Source: Barthelona sp. PAP020
Lineage: Eukaryota
Direction of reading: 5' to 3'
Assembly (NCBI GenBank): GCA_040182905.1
Contig: JARQWU010000083.1
Span: 1 to 36,559, forward strand
Length of the DNA: 36,559 nucleotides
Position numbers and translations under genes: made by a program. Below the pieces are notes generated by a model. The model had not been told where the DNA came from. It saw nothing but the letters and a program-made list of their open reading frames with translations, and ran no database searches. Of the stretch, positions 1 to 8,000 are shown one piece after another (within the stretch, counting starts at the first letter, position 1; each line of letters begins with the position of its first letter).

Positions 1-363
1 AGGCTTATCTGATGGCCAAACCAAAGATAAAACAGGAGATGTTGTTTTAAACCTCCCACAAATCTTTTTTTTATCTGTCCATTGAGTTCCTAATTCATAC
101 ACACAAATCATGTTATCCGTTTGACCCAATGCCAATTTGGTACCATCAGGTGAAAATGCCAACGAAGTAATTTGAAATGCCTTTGGATCTGTACCATAAG
201 CCTGAAATTTAGAACGTAAAGTCGGCACTTCATCATATAAATATACAACTCTTTCAGAACTTGCACATGCAAGACGTGTGTCATTGTAGGACCATGAAAT
301 AGCATTAAATCGCTTATAATCAGATGATGGATCTGTTAATGAACTTATATGTCTTAATTGCAT
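1..363 (-). CDS. IFT172: Intraflagellar transport protein 172, N-terminal part (runs off the window start)
   Basis: Not in the ORF track. My translation from the ATG at 363 is open to position 1: MQLRHISSLTDPSSDYKRFNAISWSYNDTRLACASSERVVYLYDEVPTLRSKFQAYGTDPKAFQITSLAFSPDGTKLALGQTDNMICVYELGTQWTDKKKICGRFKTTSPVLSLVWP. This matches the IFT172 WD40 N-terminus (AFSPDxTKxAxGQTDN, GxxWxDKKxICxxF). Confidence 0.93.
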   Translation of the reverse strand, partial: MQLRHISSLTDPSSDYKRFNAISWSYNDTRLACASSERVVYLYDEVPTLRSKFQAYGTDPKAFQITSLAFSPDGTKLALGQTDNMICVYELGTQWTDKKKICGRFKTTSPVLSLVWPSDKP

Positions 364-773
364 TTGAAAAAAAAGAAGTTCAAGTTTAAAACTAAAAAGT
401 AATTGCTTGTAAAAAAACTAAATTCATTGTTTATTTAAGATTTGATATCACCCAAAAGTATAGTTTGGGGGTCCATTTGATGAAAAAAAAAAAATGACTC
501 AAACTATTTTTTTTTCTCTTAAACCTCACCATCTCCTTTGTTTTAAAAAAAAAAAAAAAAAGATGTCTATTTCATGTAGTCAATCACAAGATTTATAAGC
601 AAATTTAAAAAAATGTCATTAATTGTTTTTTAAGTACAAATGAAATAAAGTGTGTTATATATATTAAGTGATTGCACAAAAATTGATGAATTTCGAAAAT
701 GGATGGTTTTGGAACATTTACACTGAAACTGTTAATTTTTTTTTAATTAAACAATTATTTTGTGTGTATTTGA

Positions 774-1724
774 ATGAAATTATTATTAACTGGTGGTCTT
801 GGATTTATAGGATCACACGTTGTTGAGGTTTTTAAGGAATTGGAAAATGTTGAAATTTTTGTTTTTGACAATGGTTCCACCGGGAACAATTATTTTGTCA
901 AAGATTTTGAGAATGTAACTTTGATTATGGGGGACATTACGAATAAGAATGATTATTGCCAATTACCAAAGGATATTACACATTGCATTCATCTTGCTGC
1001 TGCAATTTCTGTTGCAGAGTCAATGATTAATCCTGAAAAATACGAGTTAAATAATGTTATAGGTTCTCAATATTTGTTAGATTGGTTTAAAGAGCAAAAA
1101 GATGAGAATGAAAATTATTATTTGCAAAAAATTTGTGTTGCTTCTTCTGCGGCTGTTTATGGGAATCCTAAAGTGGCAAAATTACCTGAAACGGAAGCAA
1201 CTGGGGGGTTGTCGCCATATGCCACAACCAAATTTGAAATGGAAAGTCTTCTTAAATCTTTCCAGCATGAAACAGGGATTGAATGTATTTCTTTTAGATT
1301 TTTTAATGTTTTTGGTCCCAGACAAGATCCTTCAAGTCAATATTCTGGTGTTATGTCCATTTTTATGGATCGCATTAAAAATAACAAGGGATTAGTTGTT
1401 TTCGGTGATGGTTTGCAGACTCGAGATTTCATTTATGTTCGAGATATCGTTAATGGTTTCAAAACATTTTTTGAAACTAAGATAGACCATTATTTCAGTG
1501 CAAATTTGGGGACATCAAAAGCAATTAGTTTATTGGATTTGATTGATTGTTTGTTCAAAATAACTGGGAAAACAGTCGATGTTTCCTTCAAAGATGCAAG
1601 AGAAGGAGATATTGTGCATAGTTGTTCTTCAATTGACACTGCTGTTTGTAAGTTAAATTGGACTCCAAATTTCTCTTTGGAAGAGGGTTTGAATGACACT
1701 TGGAACTGGTTCTTGAACAATTAA
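774..1724 (+). CDS. NAD-dependent epimerase/dehydratase (extended SDR; UDP-Glc/GlcNAc 4-epimerase, WbpP-like)
   Basis: Motifs TGGLGFIG, HLAA, ASSAAVYG, catalytic YATTK, RFFNVFGPRQDP and GDGLQTRDFIYV. Confidence 0.9.
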   Translation: MKLLLTGGLGFIGSHVVEVFKELENVEIFVFDNGSTGNNYFVKDFENVTLIMGDITNKNDYCQLPKDITHCIHLAAAISVAESMINPEKYELNNVIGSQYLLDWFKEQKDENENYYLQKICVASSAAVYGNPKVAKLPETEATGGLSPYATTKFEMESLLKSFQHETGIECISFRFFNVFGPRQDPSSQYSGVMSIFMDRIKNNKGLVVFGDGLQTRDFIYVRDIVNGFKTFFETKIDHYFSANLGTSKAISLLDLIDCLFKITGKTVDVSFKDAREGDIVHSCSSIDTAVCKLNWTPNFSLEEGLNDTWNWFLNN

Positions 1725-2015
1725 ATTTGATGAACCCAACTTGCCGTTGTGATGTTGCTTTGTAAATGTTTGAAAAGTTACTGTTTTTGTTCTGTTATTG
1801 GTGAATATTTGGAAAGAAGTTGGGAATAATATTATTAACATGGGGAAAGCATCACTTTATGTATGAGCAAATTGAAAATTTTTGATGATTTTACGTGCTA
1901 TACAAAGCTAAATTTTTAATAGCTTTCAAAAGACCTCTGTTAAATGCATAAATTAACAATGAATAGTTTGAAGACAAATTGTTTGGCAAATTGTTTTTCC
2001 CAAAGTTTTCACAAA

Positions 2016-2170
2016 TTGTTGATAAATTGGATCAGTTGTGAAACAACCATATTTGGTTACAAAGAAAGTAGACTCAGAAAACTCATTCAAACAAATTCAG
2101 TCAGATGTCTGAGGGAGGAATTGAAGGACTTCAATCTATTTTTAACAATCAAGTGTGAAAATTTGGGAAA
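2016..2170. repeat. Diverged dispersed repeat, copy 1 (homologous to 36413-36559)
   Basis: Collinear shared blocks: AGTTGTGAAACAA (2034-2046 = 36430-36442), ACTCAGAAAACTCATT (2072-2087 = 36470-36485) and ATCAAGTnTGAAAATTT. Confidence 0.8.
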
Positions 2171-2522
2171 TTTTATTATCTTTGTTTTTTGTATGCAACA
2201 AAAGCTAAATTTTCAAGTTTAGACTCGCACTTGAAAAATTGAAAGTTTTATTGGATCAATGGGACTTGAAATTTCTTTTCCAAATGAACAATATTTATTC
2301 CTATTCACTCATAACTTCAATATTTCTTGGTCCGTAAATAATTAAGAATTTCTTTTCACATTTTTTTGTTTTTAAATTGTAAAGGATATTCAATCCTAAA
2401 ATAATTTTTCCACATCAGAAAAAAACTTTCTTCTTTTCTTTAAATTACCTCAAGACTGATTCTCATTTTAATTACATTTAGAAAATTTTGAATGAAATTC
2501 TATTAGATGGTTAAAATATTTT

Positions 2523-2562
2523 TTTAATTTAATTTAATTTAATTTAATTTAATTTAATTTAA
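2523..2562. repeat. (TTTAA)8 microsatellite
   Basis: Eight perfect TTTAA units read directly from the sequence. Confidence 0.95.
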
Positions 2563-2680
2563 TTATTTAATTATCTTGTCAAAAAGAAAAAAAATGAGTT
2601 GTTTACAAGTCCCAAATTTTTTTTTCTTCCTTTTTTCCTTGAAAACCAAATTTTACAATCAACTTACCCAAAATTTTTGA

Positions 2681-2968
2681 CCTTTTACAAGTGAACCGCA
2701 AGAAACCTTGTACATTTAGGATGAATTGCAAGAATATCAGAGCCTTTGGGCACTTTTTGAACAATTAGTACTGAAAAGAATTTCACATACGCATAGGACA
2801 GCCCTTTCCACTGGACAGCCTATGAAATAAAAGAGTTAAGACTGATAGGTTCCTGAAAGGAACGCTGGAGCCCTCGATATGAATGAAGGCAAAGGTTTAT
2901 TATTTAAGAATTACCTGAGGCGTCAGTTCTCAAGTTTGGAAAGTTTTGGAAGACGCTTCGCATAAAGG
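2681..2968 (+). ncRNA. Candidate structured non-coding RNA, family unassigned
   Basis: About 40% GC by manual count over 2691-2970, against clearly AT-richer flanks. No long ORF. Several hairpins and a long imperfect helix pairing 2715-2748 with 2890-2919; most of the G-U pairs work on the + strand. Confidence 0.45.
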
Positions 2969-3065
2969 AAAAATAAAAATAAAAATATTTTTTCTATTTA
3001 TACACATTCTATCACTAAAAATAGAACAAAAAATATATATACACATATATGTATATTTTGACAAC

Positions 3066-4829
3066 TTATTCTTTAGGAAAACAACATCTGAGCGTATCAA
3101 CACCTCTAAGATATTCAAAAGCAAAATTATAGCAATGAGGAAGCAATCTGGGGAACTTTTGTGTGAAATAACGTAAAAATCCATTCGGTAAACCACCAAC
3201 AGATTCTTGCAATCTTGAATCCAAGTCTCTGTAATGGTGTTTCTTATTTCTAATGAATCTCAACAAGTGGTTTGGAGATTGATTATCGTATTTTCTAAAT
3301 TTAAATTCTTTTGCCCATTGCTCACCAAGAACACCCTGCCAGCCTTCTTCTTTTTCAAAAATACAAGGGTTTGGATTGTCAAAAGCAACAATCAGATCAT
3401 TATCACTGTCAAAAAATTCAAGGTAATCAGAAATATCCAATAAAAATTCCAAAGTTTTTGAAGCATTCCAAAAAATAGGATGTTCCAATAGCTGTTTAGC
3501 AGATGGTCGTTTATCAATGTTGCAAGTCAAAGCATAATCAACAAAGTGTTGAGCAAGAAAATGACCACGCTCAGCCAACAGTTCAGCAGGCTTGCGATTT
3601 CTACTAATCCGTTGATCTCTTTCATATATGCCTCCAAATGGATGATTACCATCTGTTAAAACAAAGTAAACAATGCAACCAAAAGAAAAAATATCCACCT
3701 TGTTGGTCATTCTTTCTCCTCTTAACACTTCTGGAGCTTGATAACCCGCAGAACCAACATCTCTACCACTAACATAACTTTGAGAATCATCTAAAAATTT
3801 GCCCAAAGCCATATCACTTATCTTAGCAACATTTTGATACCCAACTAAAATGTTTTGCGGCTTAAGATCCCGATGAACAATAGAATTTTTATGTAAATAT
3901 GCTAAACCAGTTAAAATATCACGAATGTAACGAATCTTCAAATCCCACGATGCAATCCTCTTATTAACCAAATCAAACAGATTAGTAGGACACTTTTCAA
4001 GTGCTATATATATAAATTGTCCATCATTTTCCTTTGTATAATAAGAAACAATGTTAGAATGATGATCAGATCTAATCAACAAATCTATCTCTTGTTCAGC
4101 AAGATTGTAATATTCTTTCAGTAATCTTTTTACTGCAACAGATCTAGATCCAAATTTCCCTTCAAAAACTACAGTGCCATGAGAACCTTTGCCTAAAATT
4201 TTTGATTCATCCACCACCAAATCTCTTCTAGCAGAAGGTGATATTCTTTGATACAATAAAAATACAGATAACGCCCCAAGACATATTGAAATAATACTTG
4301 TCAAAAGAGTAGGTATAGGTGGACTTGAAAGGGTTGGAACAGCCGACAAATCATCAGGTGGAGCCGGTAATAGGGGAATCTTACCATTTTGATCAACAGG
4401 TAAATAGAAAATTCGATCTCCAATCGTAATTGCCTGCATATCGGAAGGAACAATTGAAGTAGAAAGTATAGGATCGTCAATATGAAAGTTTGCGCTCATA
4501 GGTATCTGTAAAACTTTTCCAGATGGTGTAATAAAAATTAAAAGATTTGAATCCTTCATTTCTGAAGTAAATAACCAAGTTCCTTCATTTGTGTGGTATG
4601 ACAAAGAACCTCCAGGATTAGATGAAATGACAGACAATAATTGTTCAATTGGAAATTCAATGGTGTCAATGTCAATTTCTGAAGGAATAGATATTGATTG
4701 TTTTTCTTGATCTATTGTGGATTTAGTTGAAGTTCTAAAAGAATTCTCCTTGACAACAATGTCCGAAGATGCAATTAATTCAAAAATTATCAATATAAAT
4801 AATATTATTTTTGTTATTTTAATATTCAT
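3066..4829 (-). CDS. IRE1: IRE1-like ER stress sensor: signal peptide, short luminal domain, TM helix, Ser/Thr kinase, KEN RNase
   Basis: Kinase motifs LGKGSHGTVVFEG, VAVKR, HRDLKPQN and GNHPFG; KEN motif LLRFIRNKKHHY and YFTQKFPRLL. Hydrophobic N-terminus and a TM helix at about aa 176-194. ATG at 4829 (the track starts at an upstream GTG). Confidence 0.93.
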   Translation of the reverse strand: MNIKITKIILFILIIFELIASSDIVVKENSFRTSTKSTIDQEKQSISIPSEIDIDTIEFPIEQLLSVISSNPGGSLSYHTNEGTWLFTSEMKDSNLLIFITPSGKVLQIPMSANFHIDDPILSTSIVPSDMQAITIGDRIFYLPVDQNGKIPLLPAPPDDLSAVPTLSSPPIPTLLTSIISICLGALSVFLLYQRISPSARRDLVVDESKILGKGSHGTVVFEGKFGSRSVAVKRLLKEYYNLAEQEIDLLIRSDHHSNIVSYYTKENDGQFIYIALEKCPTNLFDLVNKRIASWDLKIRYIRDILTGLAYLHKNSIVHRDLKPQNILVGYQNVAKISDMALGKFLDDSQSYVSGRDVGSAGYQAPEVLRGERMTNKVDIFSFGCIVYFVLTDGNHPFGGIYERDQRISRNRKPAELLAERGHFLAQHFVDYALTCNIDKRPSAKQLLEHPIFWNASKTLEFLLDISDYLEFFDSDNDLIVAFDNPNPCIFEKEEGWQGVLGEQWAKEFKFRKYDNQSPNHLLRFIRNKKHHYRDLDSRLQESVGGLPNGFLRYFTQKFPRLLPHCYNFAFEYLRGVDTLRCCFPKE

Positions 4830-5074
4830 CACATATGTAACAAATTATTGTCAATAAAATGGTAGTAACAATAAGCACAAAAGAAAAAAAAAAGAAAAAA
4901 AATGGGGGTCAAGTATCGTTTTTTTTTTCAGTGCTTGAGAATTTCTTGATTTCTTTCTTTTGAAACACATTATTGTTTTCAAATAAAATAAAAAACACAA
5001 TTTCTTTATCAAACATCAAAATTTAACGACCTTCATAATTTTTAAGATCAAAAAACCTCAATATATAATTTCTT

Positions 5075-8000
5075 TTAAGATTGATTTATTAACAAAGGTA
5101 AAGCAACTACACACTTTTCACAAATTAAATCTTTAAACTCATCAAAATTTATTTGATTGAGCTTATATACAACAGCATTATCAACATCTTCTTTATCCCC
5201 TTCAGGAACATATTTCCCACTTACAATGGTTAAATTTGTATCTTCTTCAAGGTTAATTCTCATTGATAAGGAATTCTTGAATGTAATTGAAGGTTTTGAA
5301 ATGACCAAATAAACACCAACCATATCTTTAATTTCACTGTTGTTGACTTTTTCATACATTTTTGGGAAATCCAATTTGATATCGTCTGTTGGACTTTCGA
5401 TATTTGTCAATTTATTGATATTTGCAGCTGTCAACAATGATACAAATGTGCTAACATCATCTAAAGGTTCCAAAGTCATATCAACATGGTTTTCAAGAGA
5501 ATAACAGTAACTATTCAGTAGATTTGATAAACAACACCATTTAAGAATGTTCTTTTGACTGGTTTCATCATTGTAAACTTTCATTTGAGCCGCAAATTCG
5601 AAACAAAAACCAAAATTTTGAATTACACATTTGAACATGTTTAAACAACATTTTAAAATTGTTGTTTGTTTGTACAAATTTCCAATTCCACTTGAACCAA
5701 TGATTATGGGCAAATAAGGTTGACTGAGCATTTTCATTCCTTGTATCTTCTCAATATCAAGTTCAAGTACTTCATCATTCCCAAATAATCGATTTTTATA
5801 ATGAATTAAATTGTTTGAATCTTTATCAATGCCAGTATTCATGAAATGAAGTTGCTTTGCAAATTCTCCACCCGTTTGATCTATTAATTGTAATTCATGA
5901 TGATATAATTGTTCTTTTAACTCGTTTGAATGATTGTATTCATCTCCAATGGTACAAATATCAATTGAATTGAAATTATCTTTTTTAATGGTCGAAACTA
6001 TTTTTTTGTTATTGGTTTTAACACCAGAAAACATAATTGAAGGATCAATTATGGAACTAAAAGATAATTCAACATCCTTGCACTCTTCCAATTGAATCAT
6101 TGGCAAAATACATGAAGGTATGGAGGATACATTAGTATTTTCAATCAAATTGTTAAGCATGGAACCAAGTCCAAACAAACCCATATCTTCGTCATCATCA
6201 TCATCATCATCTTCATCTTCTTCTTCTTCCTCAAAATCTTCAACAAATTTTGAAAGATCTATTGAACCAACAGAAAATGATTTCAAGGCTTGAGGGCTAT
6301 TTTTTAACACTTCTTTTGAAAAGAGAATGGCATTAAGTTTGTTTAAGTGAGAATCAATTTCATCAACTTTGCAAATACAATTCAATAGAGTGTTTGCTTT
6401 GTCAAACGATAGTAAGTTGAAACGTTGCTTGAAATCATCACTCATGACGAAATTAGAAAAAACAGTTTCTGTGTTCAAATTGGAAAATATCCATCCAATT
6501 ATCGCATCTTTTTTTAAATTCATTTCAACACTCTTAAAGTCATCGTTCAGCACTTCATACGTGACGATGTGTAAAACTTTGTCTTTATCTTTATTTAACA
6601 ATTCAACAACAACTTCTTTTGAACTGGGAGTATCTTTTTTCAATAAATTTGCATAAGTTATTCCCCACTTTGTATCTTCAATACAGTTAGTAAGGATATC
6701 TTCCTTAAAATATTGAATATAATCATTATTGGTTTTTTGTTCAACAATTTCCATTAAATTATCGATGTAAGACACCATACACATATAATTTGCACCTAAA
6801 TATCTTTCATTTAAATCAGAAACTTTCAATAAATTATCATAATCTACACTTTGTGGCTCAAATTTAATTGTTAACAATAGGAAAATCAAATCTTTAAAAA
6901 CATTGAATGTCCCTTTGGTTAGATAATTTTCAAACATACTTTTCAATATTTTAAATATGAGCAATTGTAAATGAGGCGTCGAAACAATCATCAAATAAAC
7001 AATTTCAAATGTCTTAAAAAAAATATCAACATCTAATGAAGCTCTACTGACACTTCCTTTCTTTTCAACAATTTTTTCCAATATTTGCAAATAAAACACA
7101 AATTTAGGGAATAAATCAACTATATTTGAACTATCAGGTTCATGATAAAGTTTATTTACCATCTTACAAACTTTATTCCAGTTTAAACTGCCAGAAAAAG
7201 ATTTTTTATCCGTAAATAAACTGTTCAATTCTTCATCTAAAATGGAAAATAACCCTTGTTTCAAAGTATCTGCAGATTGTTGATTTAATTGAGCCAAATA
7301 GGCATCTCTATCTCTTTTTCTTTGTAATAAAGATTCATACCTGGTATAATTGTCCATCGAATCCATCATTTCTTTTGCTGCTTCATATTGATCAGTACCA
7401 GCACCATCATCAATGGCCATTTGTAATACCATTCGCAAATCGTCATCAGGATATGTAAAATCATCCAAATTAGATCCAGCTAAAAAGGAATCTTCTTCTT
7501 CAGTAAATCTATGTTCAGGCAATATGTTTGTTAAGTCGTGAATAGTCGTGTGACTGAGAGCTTCAGACAAATTTCTTTTCAAAGATTCAACGTCAAAATC
7601 AACAATATTTTTTATGTTATAATTAGCAAAAATATTGAAATATTCTACACACAATCCTAAAATTATCATTTTCAAAGTATTTACGGATAAAACAACACTT
7701 TCTTCGTGATTTATCGAACTGGTCATCAAATTTAACAGTTTTTGACTGTTGAATTCAGTGCATTGACTAATATCATTAAAAACATCTGACAAAAAGCTAA
7801 TAGTTTTCAAAGTATCGTCATCCATCTCAAAATCACCATTAGTTTGTTTTTGAGAATTGTTGGTCAATAAGGCTTTGATGTAAGTTGCAATCGTAAACAA
7901 ATGTCCTAAATTGTAACTTTGCATTTGAAAAACATCTTTTTTGGCAAATCGTTTCATTAAAAACTCAAAATTTTTATCAATTACAAGCAAGCGATTCAAC

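Noticed and set aside
451..507. Alternative hairpins in the IFT172/epimerase divergent spacer (ATAGTTTG/CAAACTAT; CCCAAA/TTTGGG)
   Set aside because: AT-rich, mutually exclusive stems with a poly(A) loop; not distinguishable from chance.
1944..2222. 92-aa ORF, plus other short ORFs in the track (e.g. 16944-17183, 21402-21593 and antisense or overlapping frames)
   Set aside because: No recognisable motifs, often non-ATG starts, and many are shadows of real genes; the frame of the 92-aa ORF is not conserved in the second repeat copy.
2662..2690. snRNA-like words: ACTTACC (U1 5' end), AATTTTTG (Sm site), CCTTTTAC (U5 loop)
   Set aside because: Order and spacing fit no single snRNA, and such short words are common in AT-rich DNA.
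2693..2762. 5.8S rRNA-like motifs (GAATTGCAAGAAT, TTTGAAC) at roughly the expected spacing inside the GC island
   Set aside because: The GATGAAGAAC motif and the GCA after TTTGAAC are missing and no SSU or LSU sequence flanks it. Probably chance, though worth including in the Rfam scan.
2865..2871. CTGGAGC resembling an IRE1 cleavage loop close to the IRE1 gene
   Set aside because: No closing stem, no second site and no bZIP ORF.
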